Assembly (NCBI RefSeq): GCF_020745735.1
Contig: NC_083412.1
Span: 49,045,181 to 49,109,180 of the forward strand
Source of the DNA: Hemiscyllium ocellatum
Taxonomy: Eukaryota
Direction of reading: 5' to 3'
Length of the DNA stretch: 64,000 bases
Shown: positions 25,323 to 37,700 of the stretch, piece after piece
Numbering within the stretch: position 1 is the stretch's first letter
Layout: every line of letters starts with the position of its first letter
Translations under genes and position numbers: made by a program
Notes under the pieces: generated by a model
Told to the model about the DNA's origin: nothing
The model's input: only the letters and a program-made list of their open reading frames with translations
The model's database searches: none

Positions 25323-25918
25323 CACACCTTTGTTGAACATGTAACATCTGAAGTGGATGAGACTGATTCGAACTAACCTAAAATGATCTGACCTCCCTTT
25401 TCAGACTTGCATGATCCTTCTTGAACTTCTTGGCATGATTGATCAAGTCCTCTTAATGCCTTTGCATTGTTGTGCAGCCAGGTGGAACTACTCATTCTTG
25501 GAGGCTGCATAATTGATTCCAGAGTATCCTAAAGATAATTCTCTTTTTAGGAACAGGAGGAAGCCGTTCAGTCCCTTGTCATTAAATAAGATCATGGTTG
25601 ATCTCTGGCCTAACTCCATATGCCTGCCTTGGGCTCATATCTCTTGATATTCTTGCTTATAAAAACATTCCCGCTCCCACACAATTTTCTCTGCTGTCCA
25701 ACAAAGATTTATGCTTTACCTCCATTTGTTTCTCACCTATGTGCCATCATGGTAGACATGAGGGGCATTTAAGGGACCTTTAAGTAAGCATATGAATATG
25801 CAAGGATGGAGGAACATGGACCAATGGCAGTCAAATGGGATTAGTTTAATTTGGCATTATTTTTGGCATAACATTGTGGGTCAATGGGTCCTTCCTGTGC
25901 TGTAACTTTCTATGTTCT

Positions 25919-26410
25919 AGGAGAAAGTGAGGACTGCAGATGGTGGAGATCAGAGTTGAGAATGTGGTGCTAAAAAAGCACAGCATTTCAGGCAGCATCA
26001 GAGGAACAGGAAAATCAACGTTTTGGGCATAAGCCCTTCATCATGAAGGAGGCTTGTGGACCGGGGGTGCTGAGAGATAAATGGGAGGGAGGTGGGGTTG
26101 GGGGAAGGTAGCTGAGAATGAAGGTGGGGGAGAAGATGATTGTTAGGAAAGAAGGGGGGAGTGGATAGGTGGGAAGGATGTTGGAAAGGTCAAGAGGGCT
26201 GTGCCGAGTTGGAGACTTGGGACTGGGATAAGGTGAGGGGATACCCACACCAACCAACCCCACTGCCCTTTGGCTGAACAATTTAACTTCCCCTCCCACT
26301 CCACCAAGGACATGCAGGTCCTGGGCCTCCTCCATCACCAAACCCTAACCACCAGACATTTGGAGGAAGAATGACTCATCTTCTGCCTTGGGACACTGCA
26401 ACCACACAAC
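25919..26410 (-). mobile_element. Penelope-like element 3' fragment
   Basis: Terminal gagaaagtgaggactgcagatg; hammerhead-like motif at ~26015-26045; minus-strand FNFPSHSTKDMQVLGLLH-type C-terminus. Confidence 0.8.
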
Positions 26411-26614
26411 TTCCTTTCATTTTCACCCTATGAAAGCATTTGCATGCTCCATGAACTAGAACAAAGTTTTCTGCAAGTTTTTTTTTCTGCAGCAGGGTCT
26501 TATTCAATCACTAGAACCAATTTTTTTTACAGAGCTCGATGGTATAATGCATTGTTTCGAATTGTTCAAAAATTCATATCTGTTTAAAACAAGGAAGTCT
26601 CACCAGGATCAACT

Positions 26615-26860
26615 TGGATTTCACCAGTTTCATCATTTCCAACCACCCCCCCCCCCCCCCATCTTACCCCAGTCCCAAGCCTCCAACTCCACACCACCCT
26701 CTTGACCCATCCCTCCCATTTATCTGTCACCACTGCAGATGCTGGAGGTCAGAGACAAGATTTGGTTTGGTGCTGGAAAAGCACAGCAGGGCAAGCAGCA
26801 TTCGAGAAGCAGGGAAAATCAACGATTCGGGCAAAAGCCCTTCATCAGAAAAGCTTTCAG
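26615..26860. mobile_element. Rearranged PLE fragments with a 15-C run
   Basis: PLE pyrimidine tract, then the antisense terminus ctgcagatgctggaggtcagag...cgattcgggcaaaagcccttcatcag. Confidence 0.7.
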
Positions 26861-26901
26861 TGTATTATTGAGTTTCCTTCGGCATTCATCTTAACAAAAG
26901 A

Positions 26902-28355
26902 TTTGTGCGAAGATTTGTAGCTCGGGTGCTCGTTGTTGTGGTTCTGTTCACCGAGCTGGAAGTTTTTGTTGCAAACGTTTAGTCCCCTGGCTAGGCGACA
27001 TCATCAGTGCTTTGGAGCCTCCTGCAAAGCGCTTCTTTGATGTTTCTTCCAGTATTTATAGTGGTCTGTCCTTGCCGCTTCCGGGTGTCAGTTTCAGCTG
27101 TCCGCTGTAGTGGTTGGTATATTGGGTCCAGGTCGATGTGTTTGTTGATGGAGTTTGTGGATGAATGCCATGCCTCTAGGAATTCCCTGGCTGTTCTCTG
27201 TCTGGCTTGCCCTATGATAGTAGTGTTTTCCCAGTCAAATTCATGTTGCTTGTTGTCTGGGTGTGTGGCTACTAGGGATAGCTGGTCATGTCGTTTCGTG
27301 GCTAGTTGATGTTCATGGATGCGGATTGTTAGCTGTCTTCTTGTTTGTCCTATATAGTGTTTTGTGCAGTCCTTGCATGGTATTTTGTAAACTACATTAG
27401 TTTTGCTCATGTTGGATATCGGGTCCTTCGTTCTAGTGAGTTGTTGTCTGAGCGTGGCTGTTGGTTTGTGTGCCATTATGTGTCCTAAGGGTCGCAGTAG
27501 TCTGGCTGTCAGTTCTGAAATGCTCCTGATGTATGGTAGTGTGGCTAGTCCTTCTGGTTGTGGCATGTCCTCATTCCGTGGTCTGTCTCTTAGGCATCTG
27601 TTGATAAAGTTGTGCGGGTATCCGTTTTTGGCGAATACCTTGTATAGGTGTTCCTCTTCCTCTTTTTGCAGTTCTGGTGTACAGCAGTGTGTTGTGGCCC
27701 TTTTGAATAGTGTCCTGATGCAGCTTCGTTTGTGTGTGTTGGGGTGGTTACTTTCATAGTTTAGGACTTGGTCTGTGTGTATCTGACAGCCAGACTACTG
27801 CGACCCTTAGGACTCATAACGGCACACAAACCAACAGCCACGCTCAGACAACAACTCACTAGAACAAAGGACCCGATATCCAATATGAGCAAAACTAATG
27901 TAGTTTACAAAATACCATGCAAGGACTGCACAAAACACTATATAGGACAAACAGGAAGACAGCTAACAATCCGCATACATGAACATCACCTAGCCACGAA
28001 ACGACACACCAGCTATCCCTAGTAGCCACACAAGCAGACAAGCAACATGAATTTGACTGGGAAAACACTACTATCATAGGGCAAGTCAGACAGAAAACAG
28101 CCAGGGAATTCCTAGAGGCATGGCATTCATCCACAAACTCCATCAACAAACACATCGACCTGGACCCAATATACCAACCACTACAGCGGACAGCTGAAAC
28201 TGACACCTGGAAGCGGCAAGGGCAGACCACTATAAATACGGAAGAAACATCAAAGAAGCGCTTTGCAGGAGGCTCCAAAGCACTGATGATGTCGCCTAGC
28301 CAGGAGACTAAACGGTTGCAACAAAAACTTCCAGCTCGGTGAACAGAACCACAAC
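26902..28355. mobile_element. Penelope-like (GIY-YIG) element in inverted configuration, with TSD
   Basis: ORF 26991-27566(-) has VVYKIPCKDCTKHYIGQT. Mirror arms at ~26935-27513 and ~27782-28355. TSD ttaacaaaaga at 26891-26901 and 28356-28366. Confidence 0.93.
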
Positions 28356-28439
28356 TTAACAAAAGAACCTGCAGTTTAACAGGTACGCGGAACTTCTCTC
28401 CCTCTTCCCGATTTGGCAGCTGACTAACCTCACCCCCTA

Positions 28440-28696
28440 CTGAAAGACATGTGAACTATTTGGTTAAATCCAGCTGCTATAATTTAAATCAAACAGCCGT
28501 GCACATGATAGCGTTATTTCCTCCAACGCAGAGGGGTTACTGAAGCATAAAGAATACAGTAAATGAAACTGAAAGAACGCCTTTGGTATTGTTTTCACCA
28601 AGTTGGGACTCTCCAGTATAGTACCCCTGGTTCATTAATGTGTTGTTGTTGCTAGTCCCTGAAAACTCCTTCCTGGAGCTGGGTGAACGTTTGCAG
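28440..28696 (+). promoter_or_regulatory. Candidate promoter/5' region of the CD200-like gene with ISRE-like and kappaB-like motifs
   Basis: aaatgaaactgaaag at 28561-28575 fits GAAANNGAAA. gggactctcc at 28605-28614 fits GGGRNWYYCC. Unique sequence upstream of the ATG; TSS unknown. Confidence 0.45.
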
Positions 28697-28739
28697 ATGA
28701 AACTTTTTATCTTCGGACTGTTGGTTACTGTTATAGACG
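28697..28739 (+). CDS. CD200: Exon: signal peptide MKLFIFGLLVTVID(G)
   Basis: 43 nt from the ATG to a phase-1 donor (g|gtgaga). Basic residue plus hydrophobic core; splices in frame to 34864. Confidence 0.65.
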
Positions 28740-31700
28740 GTGAGACTTCTGTTTTAAACGAATATATATTTTTGAACAGTTCAAAGCGATGCATTATATC
28801 ATCGATCTCTGTTTTGAAAAGTCAGGCTCTAGTGATTAAATGAGATCTTATTGCAGAAAAAAAAAATGCAGAAAACTTTGTTCTAGTTGATGGAGCAAGC
28901 AAATGCTTCCATAAGGTGAAAACGAAAGGTCGAACTTGGTAAATTAACATGAGTTAAATTGCTGTAATAATGGGGATGAATAGTTACATTAAAATTACGA
29001 TAATGTATGTATTGGATGTTGTCATGAAGACTTAAGCTTATTTTCAAAAGTGGAGCATTTTAACATTAGAGTAGGACGAGCAGGACAATGCAATCTATCC
29101 ATTCGCTGTACTAGTGGTTGGTCTTGCCTAAGCCCCAAATGAAAACTTCGGTGAAATGCAATCTTATATGAGGAATAACTTTTGTTCAAACAGCCCTTGT
29201 TCTGTAACCTCCCTATTTAGCAGTCAGAAGCTTCACGTTCAATTCCTACTAGATTGAGAGGGAAGGTGTGTTCATTCTTTTCCAAGCAGATTGAGTTTCA
29301 ACTTGTAAATGCTTATAACACATGCCAGTCGCAGGCGGTAAGAATCAGAGGGATTCTCAGTCAGTCAGCTGCAGAACACAATGAACACATTCATTGTACC
29401 CTGTCATGCAAAACAGTGTACCAGTACAGAACTCCATGGCTGCAAATGCTCTTTCAGAAATAGTGTCATTCAGAGAGGCTAATGCTAATGTCTTGAGCAT
29501 CCCTGATTTGTTTTTTTCTCATGCCATTATTTGACCATGTAAACAAAGGAGAACTATTTAAGCTGCTGAACAAAATGTTTTGCCTGCTGAAGCTGCTCAA
29601 TGCTATTTTATGAAAATATGATGAGAATAGTCAGCTTAGGATAACATCAGAATCCTTTGAAATCTGAAATGGGGTCAAACAATGTTAAAGTCTGACACCA
29701 ATGATCTTTGGTATATTCTTTTGTTATTGTTAGAGTTGTCATATGCCATCACCTTCAGAGGGTGTCTATATAAACACTAGAATGATAGAAAATTGTCCAG
29801 CCTAGGATCCAAGAAGAAGGATCAAAAAGTGTGGTGCTGGAAAACACAGCAGCTAGGGGGTGGAGTTGACATGGTCAGCCACAGGGCGGTGGGGCTGTTT
29901 GGTGTGTGTATCCCAGAGAGCTGTCAATGTGGTCTCCTCTACATTGGGAAGACAGGATGCCAACTCGTGAAACATTTCAGGGAACATTTCTGGGATACAT
30001 GCCCTCTGTCCTGTGGCCAACCATTTCAATTCCCCCTTTCACAGGACGTGCAAGTCCTGCGCTTCTTTCATCACTAAATCCAAGCTACCAAACGACTGAA
30101 GGAAGAACGCCTCATCTTCCACCTCGGGACCCTCCAACCAAATGGCATCAACATTGACTGCATTAGTTTCCAAATCTCCCCTCCCACATCTCATTCCAGA
30201 TCCAACTCTCAACCTCAGCACCGTCCTCTTGACGTGTTCCACCTGCCCATCTTCCTTCTCACCTATCCCCTCCACCCTCCCCACTGATCTATCACAATTA
30301 CCCCCCCAACTGCATCCAACTATCACTTTCCCAGCTACTTCCCCCCCAGCCCCACCCCCCCACCCCATCCCCCATTTACCTCTCTGTCTCCTTCCTCTTG
30401 CACATTCCTGATGAAGAGCTTATGCCTGAAATGTTGACTCTCCTGCTCCTCAGATGCTGCCTGGCCTGTGCTTGTCTAGTGCCACACTTCTTTACTCTGA
30501 CTCTCCAGCATCTGCAGTTCTTAATTTCTACAAGAGGAAAGGTCCACTGTGAGCCTTTCAGGGACTTGCTATATGCTGATGATGTCCCAGTGGCATTCCA
30601 TACTGAATGATGCCATTGTCATAGGGCAGAGCAATAGATGATCCAGGGAACCACTTCTGCCCATTTTGAGAATCTTTTCATGGTTTCTGCTCTTGCTTGC
30701 TTGGCTGCCATCAAGTGAAACATATGTCAAAAAAATATTGTCATCAGGAAATACTTTGATGTAATTTTAAAAACACTCAATTGTGTCAATCTATCAGCTG
30801 TAACACAACTTGACACTGAATTATGTTTGAAAGACGTGTGGAACCTATATGCTGTTATAGCTTAGTGTATGATTCCTTACAAAGCTTTATAAAAATTAAA
30901 CATTTTAAAAATGTACCTACTGTATCCAAACAAAAGTTAATTTTAAGAGACTCCATAAGGTCCTATTGATCAAAATCCAGTGCTTCTAGCTTTCTGTATT
31001 CTCAGAACAGGATGCATTTGAATTTGCTTGGAAGGAAGTACTCTGGAACATTCCATATATGTCGGAATACAATGGAGGAAATGTGTGAGGTCATGCACCT
31101 TGGTAAGAAGAATAGAGACGTAGACTGTTTTCTAAATGGAGAAAAACTTTGGAAATCTGAAGCACAGAAGGGACTTTGTCTTAGGATAGACTACAAGAGA
31201 ATGGATATCCTGCTGAGGCTGAATAAAGCTGTATTTGGCACATTCTGAGCAGTTTTGGAGCCATGCATAAGCAAGGATGTACTGGCCTTGGAAGGGTCGA
31301 GAGGAGGTTCGCAAGAATCATCCTATGAGGAGCAGTTGAGAACTCTGGGTCTGTATTTGATGGAGTTTAAAAAGATGAGGGAGGATCTCATTGAGATTTA
31401 CAGAATACGAGAGGCTGGATAGAGTCCAAGTGGAGAAAATTTGAGGGCACAGCCTCAATGTGAAAGATTAAGAGGAATTTCTTCATCTGAGGCTTGTGAA
31501 TCTGTAGAATTTAATGCTACAAAAGGCTGTGAAGGACAAGCTCATTGAGTGTCTTTAAGACAGAGATAGATAGATATATAGGTTCTTGATTAGTAAGGGG
31601 ATCAAGAGTTACTGGGGAGAAGACAAGAGAATGGGTTTGAGAAACATATCAGCCATGATTGAATAGTCAAGTGGATTCAGTGGGCCAAATGACCTAATTC

Positions 31701-34700
31701 TGCTCCTATATCTTATGGTCTTATGGTTTATGCTTCCCTGAAACATAACATTATAGATTTATAGCATCATACAAGACGGAAACAGACCCTTTAGTCCAAC
31801 TCATTCACGCCAACTAAGCTTCCCAAACTAAACTAGTCCCATTTTCCTGTGTTTGACCCATATCCCTTTAAATATCCCCTTTCATGCACCTGTCCAAATG
31901 TCTTTTAAATGTCATAACTGTACCTGCATCTACCACTTCCTCTGCATTTATTCTGTGTACGCACCATCTGCTGTGTGAAAATGTTGCCCCTCAAATCCTT
32001 TTCAAATGTTTCTTCTTTCACCTTAAAATTATAGTTTTGAACTCCCCTACCATAAGGAAAAGACCATTGTTCTTCATCCTAACCATATCCCTCATGATTT
32101 TAATAAACCTCTATAAGGTCACCCCTCAAGCTTCTATGCTCCAGTGAAAATGGTCCCAGCCAATCCAGCCTCTCCTTCCAACTCAAATGCTCTGCACTCT
32201 CTCCAATTTAATAATATCCTTCCCATAGCATGGTGACCAAAACTGTACACAGTACTCCAAAAGTGGCTTCACCATTGTCCTGTACAACCATAACATGACA
32301 TCCCAATTCCTGTACTCAGATCAATGAAGGCAAGCGTGCCAAATGCCTTCTTTATGACCCTATCTATTTCTGACACAATCTTCGAGGAAGTAGTTATCTG
32401 AACCCCTAGGTCTCTCTATTCAACAACACTCCCCATTAACTATGTGTTTTCTGGAATTAAACATGAGTTCAAGTGTGTTGTATCTGGGCAATAGCCCATA
32501 AATTCTGCCAGTCCTGGCATTTTTGTTTTGCTCCATGCAATTTGTTTTATTCGCATATAGTAATGTAAGCCTTGTGTTAAAAGTCAATAAATGCAGAAAA
32601 AATAAATTTGATAATGGAGGGGATATAGTATGTGGATCTTGGTAATATGGTCTGAAAGAAGAGAAAGAGCAAGGAAAAACACAATAGAGTATTGCCAGAT
32701 TAGAGTCTGAGTAAAGATATTCAAACCATGAAGTGGATTGCTTAAGCAAGGTTATTTACCAATCATCCAATGCTAGGTCTTTATACTATCCACTGTTTTA
32801 AAGTTGAAGATGTATTCATCTCAACTAATCTCACATTGCAACAATCTTTTGAGTAGAAGATCAGATAATCTTGCACAAGACCCCAATGGAGATAGATGAG
32901 TCATCATCTCAGGCTCCTGATATTTATAATTATGCCCAACTAGAATTTGCTATCGTGCAATAAATTACACTATGCAAGACAGGTGCCTCTTCTCCTTCAG
33001 AGTCTAGTGTCTACCCTCTACCACTATTAATTGAAAAGTGACAGTGAACTACACCAAGCACAAGCCATCAGTGGTTAGTACCCAGAGTCCAATATGATAT
33101 CCTCCATTGCAGTCTCTGATTGTCTTGAAATCATGTATGTACATTCTTAAGGATTCATTTCTTACTGGCAATCACTACAACCTTGATACAAGACATGATT
33201 TTTGTCACATCATCTTGTAATCAGCTTGCAAGCCACAGGAACCCAGATAAGCAGTTGTGTATGGTTGATACATTTACAATAAGAAAAATAACATAACACC
33301 AATCTTCCAGGATTGATCTGAAATGTCTAGAAATTAAAAATAATCTCCATAACATTGCTCAGAGAAGCCTTGAGTGGTGGGAGGTGTGGGGTTGTTAATC
33401 AGAGATGTAAAACAAATTGTCCTGAAGAACATGAATGTACTAGTTCCCAAACTTTTTGAGATGGAGAAAATGGGCTGTTTGATTGGGCATGGAAGATCAA
33501 GCAATGGAACCTATAGGAATATAGCCAATCTTGTTGAGAACCCTATTTGGCTCATTATTTTCCTTAATTTGCAGAGGATCTTTGCTGCAATAACAACCTA
33601 GCCATCTTTTCCACAGTGCAGCTGGAATTTCAAGCCCAGCTAATGGTAGACTCCTTCCTAATAGTGTTAATTTTGCTGAAAGTCTTCTGTGCATGCGAGT
33701 TGAACCCCAAAGTGTTTGGGTTTGTGCTAATACCAGGGATCAAGTGAGCTGGTCTAACACTGGTGCTGGAAGATAATCTTGAACTAAGAATTATTTGTTC
33801 CTGGTTGTGTATGGTAATTGTCTAGTAAAGGTATCAATCAAAGTTGTTACTTTGAATCAGAAAACTTCTACATGGTTTCTGCACGAATAGTTCAGCTCGG
33901 AACGTAGACTGTGCTTACATGAATTAAACAATTTCCAATGTCATTTGTTGTGAATGACAGTGAGTTATCTAAACAGACAGGTGCAAGTTTTTCAAGCTCA
34001 CATGTAAGCACAAAGGAAATATTTTCCAGCTGATACACCAGAATCTAATAATGTTTGAAGAAACAGTTTGTTTAGATATAATAATTTGAGTAAAAGTTTA
34101 ATGTGCATTGTCATTAATATAAATTACTTCAGTATTTCAGAATTTTCCAAGTGCTTTACAGTCAGTTAAGAGTAGTTGAATATATTAACTGTTGGAAAGT
34201 AGGAAATGCAACAGGCAATTTTTGCAAACAAGTGTCCTCCAAACAGTAATTCAATAATGGTTAGCTAATCTGTTTCAACGATATGGGGGTGGCATGGTGA
34301 CTAGTGATTTGCTGCCTCACACCACCGGGGACCTGGGTTTGATTCCAGACTTGGGACGACTGTCTGTGTGGAGTTTGCATGTTCTCCCAGTGTCTGTGAG
34401 TTTCCTCCAGCGCTCTGGTTTCTTCCCACAGTCTAAAGATGTGCAGATTAAGTGGATTGGTCACCCTAAATTGCCCATTGGTGTCTAGGAATGTGTAGAC
34501 AAGTTGAGTTAGCCATGGTAAATACTGGGATAGGGTGGGATGCTCTTTGATTTGATGGGCCAAATGGCCCCTTTCTGCACTGCAGGGATTCTATGGTTCT
34601 ATATTATTTGAAGGATCAATATTATCCTGGACACAGGCTAACCTGTTTGATCTTTTACAAATAGTGCTCTGGCATCTCTTATATTACCTGAGAGGCAGAT

Positions 34701-37700
34701 GGAAGCTTGCATTGATTTATCATCTCTTTTGACTCCAACATATGATTGCTGAGCCATGGTTGGTTCACTACAATTTGAAAACCGCTGAATAATTTAATAT
34801 TGAAACTCCACAGATGGTATGGAAGTATTTACGTGTTTTGCTATATTTTTCTTGCATTCACAGGAAATCTTCCAAATGTGGAGACCGAGGAGACTGTGAC
34901 AGCACTTTTAGGTGGAAATGTTACCTTCAACTGCACTTTACATTTTAAAGATATTGTACAAGTCACCTGGCAAAGGTTACGTGGTCAATCTAAGGATAAT
35001 ATTGCCACATTTAGTGAAAAAAATGGAGCTTATATACTTGAGTCGTTTAGTGGTAAAGCTGCCTTCATCCAATCAAAACTGCAAGTGTCCACTCTTGTAG
35101 TGTCTGGAGTAATGCTTGAAGATGAAGGATGTTATAAATGTATTTTCACTACATTCCTTGCTGGCCATAAGACTGGGACAACCTGCCTGATTGTGCTTGG
35201 TAAGACTAACACAGATAAGAATATGAGAAAGTTTGAAATCAAAACGATTGTTTGTGCACCAAACCATCTCCTTTCACAGTCCATATATGACTACATCAGT
35301 CAGGATTTTCTCATTCAACAACCAAGGTCACACTTTCCCCCCTTTGTGAATTAATTAGATCTCTTCAATTCTCTCGACATTTAACTGATTAATTTTCTTT
35401 CTAATTGCAATTATTGACCTGAAATTCATAATTTCTTTGTCCCACATATCCACTATCACATGTGGACAAAGTAAAATTACATGAAACTTGCTTCCTGTTT
35501 GAATTCAGTAATCTATTTATGCATATCTTACTTTTTCCCTTGAAATAGTTTCAACGTTACAATGTAAAGCATGTTTTACATCTTGAAAGTTGCATACATT
35601 GTCTATTTCCATTGAAAGTTGTATAAATGTTAATGTCTTGATTCCAGCTTAATTATAATGATTTACGATTTAGAAGTTGAAATATCTAATTTGCTAAAAG
35701 GAAAAATATATCTGAGCAGTGAATCAGAGGTTCAACACAGTTTCTGCTCATCAATGTAAGCAGGCTGTTTTGCATTTCTGTCCCAGAGAACATGTTAAGA
35801 AACACACACTTTAAAAGCATCAGAATAATACCAGATATTTCTGTCACAGCTCACTAACAAACTCTTAACAAGCAACAGCCAAATTGCCACAAAAATCAGT
35901 CTCAATACTTTTCCTGAAATTTTTGGTAGGAATTGGAAAGTACCACAGAAACTTGGGGGAAACATATTAAATTTATTATTTAATTTTCTATCAGTTTTTC
36001 TTTGCCATTAATGCTGCTAAATCTGGCCAGAAATAATATTACAGACCTTAAGGCATTGTAGTTTGAATTGAAAGAATAATTGGATCAATTATAATGCAGT
36101 AACGTGGGACCAAAAAATGCTGAAAAATACACAGAATTTAGGAAAGTGGATGATATTTCAAGCACATGGGCCTTAAAATTAATCCTTACATAATGAGAAA
36201 GCCAAATATAATTGAGCCTTGTTTTTAATCAAACTGTGGCCAACAGGATAGTGGAGATGGCAGTCATACACAATGGATAAGGTAATCTTCCCACTGAAGA
36301 TGATGTTCAATACTTCTATTCCTTCTGACTATATTCAGAAAAAGAAGCAAAGGCTTTGGTAATAGCATCTTACAGAATATAAAACCTTTTGGTTTGCCGG
36401 TCGTGAATTGAGAAAATGGATGAATAAATAATCTGTTCTAATGTAGTTGGCAGGGGCATTAATATTGACCAGATGGTAAACCTGCCCATTCTTCATCAAG
36501 CATCATAGTATCTCTTATTTTCTACAGAAAAGGTAGATGATGCCAGTATCTAGCATCTTACCTGAAAGACAGCAGCTCCAATAGTGCAGTAGTCTCTCAG
36601 TACACAACTGACAGGGGCAGAGTCAGTTTCCAGAATGCAACTTGAACCAACTCTGACTCAGAGGTGAGCATGCCCCAGCTGAAACCCACTGATATAATTG
36701 TCCACTGCAGTATGAAAACTTCAAAATGTTTCAGGGATAAATACTTTGCTGAAAATTATTTATGTAACAATTTATACTGTTTATTTTTTCTTTCCATTTC
36801 ACAGAAAAGGATGTAAATGTGGAGACACAGAATATCACAGCAGTTTTAGGTGGAAATGTAACCTTCAGCTGTACTTCATATTCAAAAGATATTCGACAGG
36901 TCACTTGGCAGAAGTTAAATGGCCAATCGGAGGATAATATTGCTACATTTAGTGAAACAAATGGAGGCAATTTTTCTGTGCCATTTAGTGGTAGAGCTGT
37001 TTTCAAGCCAACAAAGGTACAAGTATCAACCATTATACTGTCTGGGGTAAGGCTTGAAGATGAAGGATGTTATCACTGTATCTTTAATACATCAAGAACT
37101 GGCCAAAACATCGGGAAGACATGCCTCACTCTACGTGGTAAGACTGACTATAAATAAGTATATTTAAAAAGCTTGAATCCAGGAAAGTGAACTTCATTAC
37201 AGTATCAATGAGTTAAATAAAAAACAAAATTACTGTAAATATTTAGCAGATCAGAAATTGTCTATGTAGGATATGATTTAGAGTTTACAATTCACATTGT
37301 TGACCTTATGCCAGTACTCTTATCTTCCATTCTGCCATAAAAATGTTTAATGACTTCTCCCAGACCAGTCTTTGAGCCACGCATTCACTTCTCTAATTTC
37401 ATGTCCTCTATGATAATTTACAGGAAGTTCAGGTAATAATCCAGAGTTTATAAACTTCAAGGTTTTGCATTTTAATTTAACACTGTGCTTCTCATATTCT
37501 CTCTTACTCCTGGTACTTCTCTTTCTCAGGGTTTCCACAATCTGCATTTTCTGATCACTACTTTATATGTGAGGAAACCTGAAATGTGATTGACATAAGT
37601 CAAGCTTCCTTTGTTTCTCCTAGACAAAGCAGGAAATTGGCCCGTGACATATTTTAAACTTTTCCCTGCTGCTGGCGCCAGTATCTTGGCAATATTACAG

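Noticed and set aside
24238-25344. Plus-strand ORFs of 154, 190 and 89 aa
   Set aside because: Antisense shadows of the minus-strand CR1 RT.
28640-28696. Longer N-terminus MLLLLVPENSF... from the ORF track
   Set aside because: It starts at a non-ATG codon (GTG at 28640); the ATG at 28697 gives a normal signal peptide.
34800-35354. 184-aa ORF as a single-exon gene
   Set aside because: It is the V1 exon plus intronic read-through on both sides; canonical splice sites delimit 34864-35199.
34864-37137. Ig/TCR/IgNAR rearranging V segments
   Set aside because: No recombination signal sequences follow the exons; they end in splice donors, include the G strand and match the CD200 pattern.
36819-37157. 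112-aa ORF as an independent second gene
   Set aside because: No signal peptide of its own, and it splices in phase with V1 and the TM exon; a separate promoter is not evident.
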